A DNA stretch of 64,000 bases from Macrostomum lignano (lineage: Eukaryota). A program made the position numbers and the translations under genes. Below are positions 1 to 14,960 of this stretch, piece after piece. The notes below the pieces were generated by a model that was not told where the DNA came from, did not search any database, and saw nothing but the letters and a program-made list of their open reading frames with translations. Numbering within the stretch: position 1 is the stretch's first letter; every line of letters starts with the position of its first letter. The DNA lies in the NCBI GenBank assembly GCA_002269645.1, contig NIVC01001465.1:89720-153719 (forward strand), read 5' to 3'.

Positions 1-1505
<1,505 letters not shown>

Positions 1506-1679
1506 GTGTTTCGATAACTAATTTTTCAGTTGCTAGCACTTTCTGCAATGGCAATCGAGTCCCAAAATCCTCAGGTAACGATAGCAATTAGAGTGTTTAA
1601 TATTCGAGTGAATTAGAGTTGAATAACAGAGGACAGTCTCAGCGTTCTCATCGCAGATGACTGGAACAGAAACCAGTCA

Positions 1680-1891
1680 GTGCGCTTGAGTGCGCTTGAT
1701 AGGGAAGAAAACTCACGTATAATCTGCCACGTATCGATCGAAATAGGGTGGGTGAAGGTAGGATCATTTTTACGATGCTTTTTTGTGCAAATTCTTGCCT
1801 GGACTGGACCCGAGATTTGCAGCCTCATTTCTATATGGTCTGCGTGTGCACCAGCGGCCTTGCCGAGTTATATAAGGCTGAGGTACGCAAG
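1680..1891 (+). other. Possible spliced coding fragment of unknown function
   Basis: AAG|GTAGGA at 1757 and TTGCAG|CCT at 1823 join two ORF frames in phase 0 (..IICHVSIEIGWVK|PHFYMVCVCTSGLAELYKAEVRK|GTGAGG at 1891). No recognisable family; in-frame stop at 1620. Confidence 0.25.
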
Positions 1892-2286
1892 GTGAGGGTT
1901 GACTCGAGAGCAAATTTTCCTGAGCACTCTCTCCCCACGACTCTCTCCCGCGTACAACGGCCGAGTCGTGTCAAGACGTGCTCAAAAGCCTTACTCTCAC
2001 TCCTACTCCAAAGTACACCTATCTGCAAGCGAAGGACTCCGACTTTAGGCCTCGGGTTCTAAGTACATCTAGTCGAGCCTATATTCATCGGTCATTATAG
2101 TTTCGCCTCTGTTTTCCTGATGCGCTCTTGCATCACCAGTGCTTGAAGTGATTATTTTGGTCACTTTGGTTTCAAGTCTACAGATTCGGGTCCTCTTTCT
2201 GGTTGTGGTCCTAATCCGAGTGAATCTAGAGAGAAGCGTATGGGGCAGTTTATTAATTCAATTGTAGGTCTCAAAAGCACATCACA

Positions 2287-3471
2287 TCAGCCCACGTTAG
2301 CAGCCCTGACTCGCAGCCGCATCTGCGGGTCGATGTACACCTCGTCCAGCTGCCTGGAGAGCGTGTTGTGCTCGCACATCCACTCGCCCTGACTCCTCTC
2401 GTAGCGCAGCCTGCGGGCCGCCAGAGCTGACATCCGGTAGAACGACACGCCCTGGAAGCAGCTCTCCACCTTCACCGGCGGCAGGCTGCGCGGCGCGTCC
2501 CGAAGCGACTTCTCGTAGCTGATCACTGGGTACTTGGTGTCCTCGCCGAAGCGCTTGTTCAGGTGGAAGCTCAGCGTGCACGGGTCGTAGAGGTGGCTGT
2601 TCTGAGTAGTATGAGCGCACAGCTGCTGCAGTTTGGGCTTGGCCGCAAAGTAGTAAAGTCCCTGGGCGATGCTGTCCAGATCCCAGTCCTGCCAGGTGAT
2701 GTCCGGGTCGATGATCAGCAGGAGCGATACCCGGTCGGCCAGGTGCTCGTAGATGTAGTCCAGGTACATGTTGCGGAGGGCGGACATGACCAGGCCGCGC
2801 TCGACCTCCTCGGTAAAGTTCCGCTTTATGTAGAAGCCGGGCACGTGCCGTCGCCCGCTGCTGTAGCGGATGTCGATGCGGCACGGCAGCGGGGAGTTGA
2901 CCCGGCCGCAGCCCAGCAGCCGCACATTCGGGTCGGTCAGCGTCGTGTTGTACAGAAAGCTTCGAGTCGAGTCCGTCGAGTCGTTCTCAACCAGCACCAG
3001 CCAGGACTCGTTGAACAGAGCTCTGAGGCGTTGGATATTGCGCATGGAGCTCGGCATCCCGTCCATGCCGTTGCGCACGGTGGCCGCCACCACCACCGAT
3101 TGGCTGCGGAGCCACGCCCTGCCGGCCACCACCCGGTGCAAGCGGCTCCTCTCGGCTTCGGAGAGCCGCATGAGCGGCAGCAGCCGGCCCGGCCGGTCGA
3201 AGCGGTACAGCAACTCACGCATGCGGCGGACGAGACGCCCGTATTGCTCTTGAAAGGCCCTATCGCTCTGGTTTATGCCAAAGTCAGTGCCGGCAGAGAG
3301 TGGCGCGTGAGGCGCTTTGAAACCTTTAAAACTGAAGGCTGCTGACTGAACACATATTAGCAGTAAGACGAATGCGACACCAGCTGCCGCACTAACTGTT
3401 AGGAACAGGTAGAAGATTTTCGATCGAGGACCTACGCTCCTGCAGTTTTTCAATGAAAATCCGCAGTTCAT
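2287..3471 (-). CDS. Intronless type II membrane glycosyltransferase, GT-A fold (GT2/CAP59/Anp1-like), 394 aa
   Basis: N-terminal TM helix (IFYLFLTVSAAAGVAFVLLLICV); motifs VAATVRN, LVENDSTDST, MSALRNMYL, IIDPD (DxD), VESCFQG, CEH; GC-rich coding in an AT-richer context. Confidence 0.8.
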   Translation of the reverse strand: MNCGFSLKNCRSVGPRSKIFYLFLTVSAAAGVAFVLLLICVQSAAFSFKGFKAPHAPLSAGTDFGINQSDRAFQEQYGRLVRRMRELLYRFDRPGRLLPLMRLSEAERSRLHRVVAGRAWLRSQSVVVAATVRNGMDGMPSSMRNIQRLRALFNESWLVLVENDSTDSTRSFLYNTTLTDPNVRLLGCGRVNSPLPCRIDIRYSSGRRHVPGFYIKRNFTEEVERGLVMSALRNMYLDYIYEHLADRVSLLLIIDPDITWQDWDLDSIAQGLYYFAAKPKLQQLCAHTTQNSHLYDPCTLSFHLNKRFGEDTKYPVISYEKSLRDAPRSLPPVKVESCFQGVSFYRMSALAARRLRYERSQGEWMCEHNTLSRQLDEVYIDPQMRLRVRAANVG

Positions 3472-3825
3472 TTTTATGGCCGAACGGCTTTTTGCTGAAA
3501 ACTTTCGATATGGTCTTTCTCTGGATAGAAATATTCAATAAAGTTGATAGTGAAGCGAGCACATCACACTGCCGGATTCTAGTGTCTTTCAACACTCGTT
3601 TTTTCTCTCAGCAGATGGGATGATTCCAAATTTAGAAACAGAATTTCTTGCCCCTCCGCCAATGGGATTTCGTGCAGCCAGTTCAAAGAGCAGCGGGGAG
3701 GGGTTGCTGCTGTGCGAGCATGAGCACCGGCCTGCATCCTCCTCGAAAAAGCGGAGGACAGTAAGCAGAAGGACAGTTTGCTGTCCTCAGACCGCTGTCT
3801 TTCAGTTGCAGTCCTCAAGTCGCTG

Positions 3826-4190
3826 TCCTTGAGTCGCTGTGCTCGAGTCGCTGTCCTCGAGTCGCTGTGCTCGAGTCACTGTCCTCGAGTCGCTGTGCTC
3901 GAGTCGCTGTCCTCGAGTCGCTGTCCTCGAGTCGCTGTCCTCGAGTCGCTGTCCTCGAGTCTCTGTATTCGAGTCGCTGTGCTTGAGTCGCTGTCCTCGA
4001 GTCGCTGTCCTCGAATCGCTGTCCTCGAGTCTCTGTATTCGAGTCGCTGTGCTTGAGTCGCTGTCCTCGAGTCGCTGTCCTCGAGTCGCTGTGCTTGAGT
4101 CGCTGTGCTTGAGTCGCTGTGCTTGAGTCGCTGTGCTTGAGTCTCTGTATTCGAGTCGCTGTCCTCGAGTCTCTGTATTCGAGTCGCTGA
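3826..4190. repeat. 14-bp minisatellite (CTCGAGTCGCTGT[C/G])
   Basis: Direct tandem repeats visible in the sequence. Confidence 0.9.
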
Positions 4191-5425
4191 CTTCATGTCG
4201 CCGTCGTCATGCCGCTGTCGGTGTGCAAAAAAACAGATAAAAAAGCCACTTTGAACAATTAGCCTAAAGCGTCATAAAGGACAAAGGAAAATTACAGGGC
4301 AGCAAAGCCCCTGAGCTCGTCAAAAGAGATCAAAATCAAAATAATACGAAACCTTTTTATTTAGTAAAGCATAAATCTCTGTCTTTGCTTTTCTCTCCAA
4401 CGTCAGTACGCATGCTTAGGTGCATCCTTGAACTCTGCTGAAATTACTCTAGGTAGGGCTTCCACAGGCAGGCTGCTTGTAGAACACTGCTTGTAATAAG
4501 TACTCGAAATAATTTAATGGGTTGTAGAGACATATGCGTGAAGGTATTAGCTTTCCCAAAAAATTAAACCGAAGTAACGAATGTGATACGACCTAATAGA
4601 GTAATCTAGAAAGACTGTTCTACATGTTTTGCTTGGCACACATGGCGAAGTTGTTCGAATATCCTGTGTCTGTCTGGCCGACGATCTCACAAGAAAGCCT
4701 CCTTTTATACGTTTAAATTATCACCGCGTATCGGAACCTGCTTGAGTGATGCTCATTATTGTAATAAATTGTATTTGCAGTGCAGAAACGCTTGGCCCTC
4801 CACGTAGGGCGGGAGCGCCTATATATATTTGGGCCTTCATTCCTCAGCCATTCATGTGCGGCCACGTGGGCATAACAGGCATAAAAGGGGGAGGTAAGCT
4901 GGGGGTACAGAGTACAATAAGTGAGCACAGTGCGCGAGCACCTGGCACTGCTAGGCACCCCGTTTAACAACAGCAAGTGAGTGCAGGGCTGCGGCATGAC
5001 AAATATATTCAACTGCAGAGATACATTAAAAAATGCTACTGTAAGTAGAGTAACGCAAAAAGTTGCAGCAGAAGTTAAACTTGAATCATGTTAATGCGTA
5101 TAACGCAAAAGATGAACCTGTAGAGGTCTCCAAACATAGTAGCCTACTAAAAGTAATAAGATAAAACTATGAATACAAGTTTAAAAATAACTATGCGTCA
5201 TACTCTATTTTTTGTAATATCACGCAAACAGCGAGTGACTATGCTATTGTTCGAAAAACCGGTTCTCGACATCTATTTTTAGAACTTTCAAATAAGGTAA
5301 ATGTTAACCTGAATGCGACATAATTCTCACCCTTTTCTATTCAAAACCCACCTATCAAATAATAAAATTTCTTTCGTGAACTCAAAAAACCGGTTCTGAG
5401 CTCAAGGTCGACTCAAGGCCGACAA

Positions 5426-8400
5426 ATGGTGTATAAATACAAACGCAAAATCCGAGCTGAAATCTCAGACTCGGAGCAGCCTCCAAAGATCTCGGGCTTT
5501 GCAAGAGCAGCCAAACGAGGCTATATCTCTGAGGAAGAGATTAAATACCAATTGGTAAGCTTTGAGGCCTCCCTTTTCCTAAGGGATTGGATAGGATCTG
5601 CGGACCGATTCCGATACCCTTAGAGGATTATCGAGTTATTGATTTTGGATTATCCTAGATTAACCGATAGGAGCACACGACTCCGATTCCGTTAGTTCTA
5701 GAAGAAGACACCCTTTCTGGAGGACCTCGTATTGTTATAGAAGTTGATTTTGTTATTAGGGCGCATCGTTGATATTGATTTCTGCACTCGAGGAATACAT
5801 TGAATTCTGCACTCGAGGAATACATTGAATTCTGCACTCGAGGAATACATTGAATTCTGCACTCGAGGAATACATTGAATTCTGCACTCGAGGAATACAT
5901 TGAATTCTGCACTCGAGGAATACATTGATTTCTGCACTCGAGGAATACATTGAATTCTGCACTCGAGGAATACATTGATTTCTGCACTCGAGGAATACAT
6001 TGAATTCTGCACTCGAGAAATACATTGATTTCTGCACTCGAGGAATACATTGAATTCTGCACTCGAGGAATACATTGAATTCTGCACTCGAGGAATACAT
6101 TGATTTCTGCACTCGAGGAATACATTGATTTCTGCACTCGAGAAATACATTGATTTCTGCACTCGAGGAATACATTGAATTCTGCACTCGAGGAATACAT
6201 TGATTTCTGCACTCGAGGAATACATTGATTTCTGCACTCGAGAAATACATTGATTTCTGCACTCGAGGAATACATTGAATTCTGCACTCGAGAAATACAT
6301 TGATTTCTGCACTCGAAGAATACATTGAATTCTGCACTCGAGGAATACATTGATTTCTGCACTCGATGAATACATTGATTTCTGCACTCGAAGAATACAT
6401 TGATTTCTGCACTCGAAGAATACATTGATTTCTGCACTCGAGGAATACATTGAATTCTGCACTCGAAGAATACATTGAATTCTGCACTCGAGGAATACAT
6501 TGAATTCTGCACTCGAGGAATACATTGAATTCTGCACTCGAGGAATACATTGAATTCTGCACTCGAGGAATACATTGAATTCGGCACTCGAGGAATACAT
6601 TGATTTCTGCACTCGAGGAATACATTGATTTCTGCACTCGAGGAATACATTTATTTCTGCACTCGAGGAATACATTGATTTCTGCACTCGAGAAATACAT
6701 TGATTTCTGCACTCGAAGAATACATTGAATTCTGCACTCGAGGAATACATTGATTTCTGCACTCGAGGAATACATTGAATTCTGCACTCGAGGAATACAT
6801 TGAATTCTGCACTCGAGGAATACATTGATTTCTGCACTCGAGGAATACATTGATTTCTGCACTCGAGGAATACATTGAATTCTGCACTCGAGGAATACAT
6901 TGATTTCTGCACTCGAGGAATACATTGATTTCTGCACTCGAGGAATACATTGATTTCTGCACTCGAGGAATACATTGAATTCTGCACTCGAGGAATACAT
7001 TGATTTCTGCACTCGAGGAATACATTGATTTCTGCACTCGAGGAATACATTGATTTCTGCACTCAAGGAATATACATTGATTTCTGCACTCGAGGAATAC
7101 ATTGATTTCTGCACTCGAGGAATACATTGAATTCTGCACTTGAGGAACATATTGATTTCTGCACTCGAGGAATACATTGATTTCTGCACTCGAGGAATAC
7201 ATTGATTTCTGCACTCGAGGAATACATTGATTTCTGCACTCGAGGAATACATTGATTTCTGCACTCGAGGAATACATTGAATTCTGCACTCGAAGAATAC
7301 ATTGATTTCTGCACTCGAGGAATACATTGAATTCTGCACTCGAGGAATAAATGAATTCTGCACTCGAGGAATACATTGAATTCTGCACTCGAGGAATACA
7401 TTGATTTCTGCACTCGAGGAATATATTGATTTCTGCACTCGAGGAATACATTGATTTCTGCACTCGAGGAATACATTGAATTCTGCACTCGAGGAATACA
7501 TTGAATTCTGCACTCGAGGAATACATTGAATTCTGCACTCGAGGAATACATTGATTTCTGCACTCGAGGAATACATTGATTTCGGCACTCGAGGAATACA
7601 TTGATTTCGGCACTCGAGGAATACATTGAATTCTGCACTCGAGGAATACATTGAATTCTGCACTCGAGGAATACATTGAATTCTGCACTCGAGGAATACA
7701 TTGATTTCTGCACTCGAGGAATACATTGAATTCTGCACTCGAGGAATACATTGAATTCTGCACTCGAGGAATACATTGATTTCTGCACTCGAGGAATACA
7801 TTGATTTCTGCACTCGAGGAATACATTGAATTCTGCACTCGAGGAATACATTGATTTCTGCACTCGAGGAATACATTGAATTCTGCACCGAAGGAATACA
7901 TTGAATTCTGCACTCGAGGAATACATTGATTTCTGCACTCGAGGAATACATTGATTTCTGCACTCGAGGAATACATTGATTTCGGCACTCGAGGAATACA
8001 TTGAATTCTGCACTCGAGGAATACATTGAATTCTGCACTCGAGAAATACATTGATTTCTGCACTCGAGAAATACATTGATTTCTGCACTCGAGGAATACA
8101 TTGAATTCTGCACTCGAAGGAATACATTGATTTCTGCACTCGAGGAATACATTGATTTCTGCACTCGAGGAATACATTGAATTCTGCACTCGAGGAATAC
8201 ATTGAATTCTGCACTCGAGAATACATTGAATTCTGCACTCGAGGAATACATTGAATTCTGCACTCGAGGAATACATTGAATTCTGCACTCGAGGAATACA
8301 TTGATTTCTGCACTCGAGGAATACATTGAATTCTGCACTCGAGGAATACATTGAATTCTGCACTCGAGGAATACATTGATTTCTGCACTCGAGGAATACA

Positions 8401-11400
8401 TTGATTTCTGCACTCGAGGAATACATTGATTTCTGCACTCGAGGAATACATTGATTTCTGCACTCGAGGAATACATTGAATTCTGCACTCGAGAAATACA
8501 TTGATTTCTGCACTCGAGGAATACATTGATTTCTGCACTCGAGGAATACATTGATTTCTGCACTCGAGGAATACATTGATTTCTGCACTCGAGGAATACA
8601 TTGATTTCTGCACTCGAAGAATACATTGAATTCTGCACTCGAGGAATACATTGAATTCTGCACTCGAGGAATACATTGATTTCTGCACTCGAGGAATACA
8701 TTGATTTCTGCACTCGAGAAATACATTGATTTCTGCACTCGAGGAATACATTGAATTCTGCACTCGAGAATACATTGATTTCTGCACTCGAAGAATACAT
8801 TGAATTCTGCACTCGAGGAATACATTGATTTCTGCACTCGAGAATACATTGATTTCTGCACTCGAAGAATACATTGATTTCTGCACTCGAGAATACATTG
8901 ATTTCTGCACTCGAGGAATACATTGAATTCTGCACTCGAGAATACATTGAATTCTGCACTCGAGGAATACATTGAATTCTGCACTCGAGGAATACATTGA
9001 ATTCTGCACTCGAGGAATACATTGAATTCTGCACTCGAGGAATACATTGAATTCTGCACTCGAGGAATACATTGATTTCTGCACTCGAGGAATACATTGA
9101 TTTCTGCACTCGAGGAATACATTGATTTCTGCACTCGAGGAATACATTGATTTCTGCACTCGAGAATACATTGATTTCTGCACTCGAGAATACATTGAAT
9201 TCTGCACTCGAGGAATACATTGATTTCTGCACTCGAGGAATACATTGAATTCTGCACTCGAGGAATACATTGATTTCTGCACTCGAGGAATACATTGATT
9301 TCTGCACTCGAGGAATACATTGATTTCTGCACTCGAGGAATACATTGAATTCTGCACTCGAGGAATACATTGATTTCTGCACTCGAGGAATACATTGATT
9401 TCTGCACTCGAGGAATACATTGATTTCTGCACTCGAGGAATACATTGAATTCTGCACTCGAGGAATACATTGATTTCTGCACTCGAGGAATACATTGATT
9501 TCTGCACTCGAGGAATACATTGATTTCTGCACTCGAGGAATACATTGATTCTGCACTCGAGGAATACATTGATTTCTGCACTCGAGGAATACATTGAATT
9601 CTGCACTCGAGGAATACATTGATTTCTGCACTCGAGGAATACATTGATTTCTGCACTCGAGGAATACATTGATTTCTGCACTCGAGGAATACATTGATTT
9701 CTGCACTCGAGGAATACATTGATTTCTGCACTCGAGGAATACATTGAATTCTGCACTCGAGGAATACATTGATTTCTGCACTCGAGGAATACATTGAATT
9801 CTGCACTCGAGGAATACATTGAATTCTGCACTCGAGGAATACATTGAATTCTGCACTCGAGGAATACATTGATTTCTGCACTCGAGGAATACATTGATTT
9901 CTGCACTCGAGGAATACATTGATTTCTGCACTCGAGGAATACATTGAATTCTGCACTCGAGGAATACATTGAATTCTGCACTCGAGGAATACATTGAATT
10001 CTGCACTCGAGGAATACATTGATTTCTGCACTCGAGGAATACATTGATTTCGGCACTCGAGGAATACATTGATTCTGCACTCGAGGAATACATTGAATTC
10101 TGCACTCGAGGAATACATTGAATTCTGCACTCGAGGAATACATTGATTCTGCACTCGAGGAATACATTGATTTCTGCACTCGAGGAATACATTGAATTCT
10201 GCACTCGAGGAATACATTGAATTCTGCACTCGAGGAATACATTGATTTCTGCACTCGAGGAATACATTGATTTCTGCACTCGAGGAATACATTGATTTCT
10301 GCACTCGAGGAATACATTGATTTCTGCACTCGAGGAATACATTGAATTCTGCACTCGAGGAATACATTGAATTCTGCACTCGAGGAATACATTGATTTCT
10401 GCACTCGAGGAATACATTGATTTCTGCACTCGAGGAATACATTGATTTCTGCACTCGAGGAATACATTGAATTCTGCACTCGAGGAATACATTGAATTCT
10501 GCACTCGAGAAATACATTGATTTCTGCACTCGAGGAATACATTGATTTCTGCACTCGAGGAATACATTGAATTCTGCACTCGAGGAATACATTGATTTCT
10601 GCACTCGAGGAATACATTGATTTCTGCACTCGAGGAATACATTGAATTCTGCACTCGAGGAATACATTGATTTCTGCACTCGAGGAATACATTGATTTCT
10701 GCACTCGAGGAATACATTGAATTCTGCACTCGAGGAATACATTGATTTCTGCACTCGAGGAATACATTGATTTCTGCACTCGAGGAATACATTGAATTCT
10801 GCACTCGAGGAATACATTGATTTCTGCACTCGAGGAATACATTGATTTCTGCACTCGAGGAATACATTGATTTCTGCACTCGAGGAATACATTGATTTCT
10901 GCACTCGAGGAATACATTGATTTCTGCACTCGAGGAATACATTGATTTCTGCACTCGAGGAATACATTGATTTCTGCACTCGAGGAATACATTGATTTCT
11001 GCACTCGAGGAATACATTGATTTCTGCACTCGAGGAATACATTGATTTCTGCACTCGAGGAATACATTGATTTCTGCACTCGAGGAATACATTGATTTCT
11101 GCACTCGAGGAATACATTGATTTCTGCACTCGAGGAATACATTGATTTCTGCACTCGAGGAATACATTGATTTCTGCACTCGAGGAATACATTGATTTCT
11201 GCACTCGAGGAATACATTGATTTCTGCACTCGAGGAATACATTGATTTCTGCACTCGAGGAATACATTGATTTCTGCACTCGAGGAATACATTGATTTCT
11301 GCACTCGAGGAATACATTGATTTCTGCACTCGAGGAATACATTGATTCTGCACTCGAGGAATACATTGATTTCTGCACTCGAGGAATACATTGATTTCTG

Positions 11401-13370
11401 CACTCGAGGAATACATTGATTTCTGCACTCGAGGAATACATTGAATTCTGCACTCGAGGAATACATTGATTTCTGCACTCGAGGAATACATTGAATTCTG
11501 CACTCGAGGAATACATTGAATTCTGCACTCGAGGAATACATTGAATTCTGCACTCGAGGAATACATTGAATTCTGCACTCGAGGAATACATTGATTTCTG
11601 CACTCGAGAAATACATTGATTTCTGCACTCGAGGAATACATTGATTTCTGCACTCGAGGAATACATTGATTTCTGCACTCGAGGAATACATTGATTTCTG
11701 CACTCGAGGAATACATTGATTCTGCACTCGAGGAATACATTGAATTCTGCACTCGAGGAATACATTGATTTCTGCACTCGAGGAATACATTGATTTCTGC
11801 ACTCGAGGAATACATTGATTCTGCACTCGAGGAATACATTGATTTCTGCACTCGAGGAATACATTGATTTCTGCACTCGAGGAATACATTGAATTCTGCA
11901 CTCGAGGAATACATTGATTTCTGCACTCGAGGAATACATTGATTTCTGCACTCGAGGAATACATTGATTTCTGCACTCGAGGAATACATTGATTTCTGCA
12001 CTCGAGGAATACATTGATTTCTGCACCCGAAGGAATACATTGATTTCTGCACTCGAGGAATACATTGATTTCTGCACTCGAGGAATACATTGATTTCTGC
12101 ACCCGAAGGAATACATTGATTTCTGCACTCGAGGAATACATTGAATTTCTGCACTCGAGGAATACATTGATTTCTGCACTCGAGGAATACATTGATTTCT
12201 GCACTCGAGGAATACATTGATTTCTGCACTCGAGGAATACATTGATTTCTGCACTCGAGGAATACATTGAATTCTGCACTCGAGGAATACATTGATTTCT
12301 GCACTCGAGGAATACATTGATTTCTGCACTCGAGGAATACATTGATTTCTGCACTCGAGGAATACATTGATTCTGCACTCGAGGAATACATTGAATTCTG
12401 CACTCGAGGAATACATTGATTTCTGCACTCGAGGAATACATTGATTTCTGCACTCGAGAAATACATTGATTTCTGCACTCGAGGAATACATTGAATTCTG
12501 CACTCGAGGAATACATTGATTTCTGCACTCGAGGAATACATTGATTTCTGCACTCGAGAAATACATTGATTTCTGCACTCGAGGAATACATTGAATTCTG
12601 CACTCGAGAAATACATTGATTTCTGCACTCGAAGAATACATTGAATTCTGCACTCGAGGAATACATTGATTTCTGCACTCGAGGAATACATTGAATTCTG
12701 CACTCGAGGAATACATTGATTTCTGCACTCGAAGAATACATTGATTTCTGCACTCGAGGAATACATTGAATTCTGCACTCGAAGAATACATTGAATTCTG
12801 CACTCGAGGAATACATTGATTTCTGCACTCGAGGAATACATTGAATTCGGCACTCGAGGAATACATTGATTTCTGCACTCGAGGAATACATTGATTTCTG
12901 CACTCGAGGAATACATTGATTTCTGCACTCGAGGAATACATTGATTTCTGCACTCGAGGAATACATTGATTTCTGCACTCGAAGAATACATTGAATTCTG
13001 CACTCGAGGAATACATTGATTTCTGCACTCGAGGAATACATTGATTTCTGCACTCGAGGAATACATTGATTTCTGCACTCGAGGAATAAATTGATTTCTG
13101 CACTCGAGGAATACATTGATTTCTGCACTCGAGGAATACATTGATTTCTGCACTCGAGGAATACTGCGACGTCGATTTTATTGTTACCCTCTTGCTTTCG
13201 GCTGATTTTAGACTTCAAGAAGATCACCCCGGCAGAAACAGCTCTACGGTGACGAGCTCTGCAGACACGCGCGACAAAGAAGAGGAGCCCGCAACAGTAA
13301 GTGATCACTGATTTTGTTCCCAGGCTTAAGTGTCTGGAAGTGGGAGTCTCGGGTGACTGATCACCTCCCG
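5426..13370 (+). pseudogene. Degenerate unknown gene, copy A (5426-5774 and 13165-13370), split by the 25-bp satellite
   Basis: Blocks ATCTCAGACTCGGAGCAGCCT, AAGGGATTGGA, ATTCCGATAC, TTCTAGAAGAAGAC, GAAGAGGAG, AAGTGGGAGT recur in the same order at 13.6-14.3 kb; peptides ISDSEQP, PIPIPLEDY, DFRLQEDHPG. Confidence 0.55.
5775..13164. repeat. 7.4-kb satellite, 25-bp unit TCTGCACTCGAGGAATACATTGA[A/T]T (~295 copies)
   Basis: 25-nt period counted directly; the ORF track repeats every 25 aa (3 units). Confidence 0.99.
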
Positions 13371-13609
13371 AAGCAACTCTTCAAACCAATTAAGTTACCC
13401 AGAATATTGTAAAAACGAATCACGAACCCAATGAAGGTAAATGGTGTCCCGAAACCTGTTTCCATTTACTAAAATGTTTTTGTACTCGTATGTCCATCCA
13501 TATGCGATTGATTCTATTGAAAGTCTATTCAACTGTTAAGGGGTCAAATTCCTAAGAACTGACCCTTTCACCCCATCAAAACGACATTGTTTACGTGAAA
13601 ATTTCCTTT

Positions 13610-14270
13610 AAACACAAGCGCTCCAAGAGACGAAAAATCTCAGACTCGGAGCAGCCTCAAGACTTTGAGTCCTCTCTAGAACTGCCGTCCGAACGAGGCA
13701 ACCTCTCAGAGGGAACGTATACCGATCGGTAAGCCTTTAACGAAATCTTTTTTCATTTGATTATAAAGAGCTGAGTCGTTTCCGGTTTTTATTGATCAGT
13801 TGATTTCTGTTCAGTTATTGACTAAAATGTCTCTATAAACCCAAGGGATTGGAAAGGATCCATTGAACCCATTCCGATACTCTTAGACGATTATTGATTT
13901 TGATTGACTTTTGGTACACTAGAGTAACAGATAGGGGCACGCGACTCCGACTGTTATTTCTAGAAGAAGACGCCCTTCCTCGGAGGACCAAAAGGATTGT
14001 TATTGAGTTGATTATATATTATTAGGCCGCATCTCTGATATGGAGTTCCGAGCTCGAGGAATACATAAACGCCAACGAATTGAAGTGATACGTTTATTAA
14101 AGTTGCTCTCGTATACGACCGACTTCAGAATTGAAGAGACGCACCCTGGAGAAAAATAAGAAGCCCACGACAGGAGGAGCGCCCTATAGGAATGCAAGAA
14201 GAGGAGTCCACAGTTTAAGTGACCACCCAATTCTCTTCCTAAACTTGCGGTCTGCAAGTGGGAGTTCGTG
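13610..14270 (+). pseudogene. Degenerate unknown gene, copy B (paralog of copy A, no satellite expansion)
   Basis: Same conserved blocks as copy A; peptides KISDSEQP, EPIPILLDDY, GRISDMEFRARGIH, DFRIEETHPG; GTAAG...AAG intron-like segment of different length. Confidence 0.55.
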
Positions 14271-14288
14271 CGTTTAAACACTAAACTT

Positions 14289-14291
<3 letters not shown>

Positions 14292-14341
<50 letters not shown>
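14292..14341. repeat. (CT)n microsatellite
   Basis: Perfect dinucleotide run. Confidence 0.95.
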
Positions 14342-14345
<4 letters not shown>

Positions 14346-14359
14346 TCTCTGGTGTGCTA

Positions 14360-14960
14360 AAGCGAACTCTTCAGGAACAGTGTCCAGTATGTCTGGAGGA
14401 AAATTCAGACATGGTGCCAACTTGTGAATGGGGCCACCTAATATGCTTCGCCTGGGACAGCGGCGGCGACGAAAGGGTACCAACATGCCCGCTGCTTAAT
14501 CTGTGGCGAGATTGCACCCGTCTTGAGGATATGTCCGGACAGGCACTGGACATGTTTTACTTGTTTCCAAATTTTAGCCCGTCTTAATCTCAACCACTGC
14601 CTGGACTGCCTCAAGCCAACATTAGAAGAACTTTTACCTATCGCGGCACTAACCCCGACACATCCGGAACTGCAATTACACCCTTAAACACTGGAAGAAA
14701 CCAGAATGGAAACTCTCATCCACGCCATAAGATGTTGACCGGTTCCGGTACGCCTTGTCGAACACCGGAACGAGTTGCTAAAAATTGGATACGCCTGTCG
14801 CGATAGCCAGTACACCAGGCAACATTATAGCCAGCCAAGCCTATCAGGAAATTTGGGAGAATACAGAGGCAGCTTACATGCCGCTGCAGGGGCTATTCTG
14901 GCCAATGTCCAAACTCGTCGAAAAAATAGTGCAAGTCCGATAACGCCTACTACACCATGC
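14360..14960 (+). pseudogene. Frameshifted, intronless tandem RING-finger ORF remnant
   Basis: Frame 1: CPVC..CEWGH LIC (14381-14450). Next frame: complete C3HC4 CLIC-x8-CPDRH-WT-CFTC..CLDC (14493-14609, stop 14685). Further coding-like frames to ~14960. Confidence 0.6.

Noticed and set aside
5655-13308. Giant 2000-2400-aa Cys-rich ORFs on the minus strand
   Set aside because: Artefact of a 25-bp unit with no minus-strand stop; all three frames give the same cyclic peptide.
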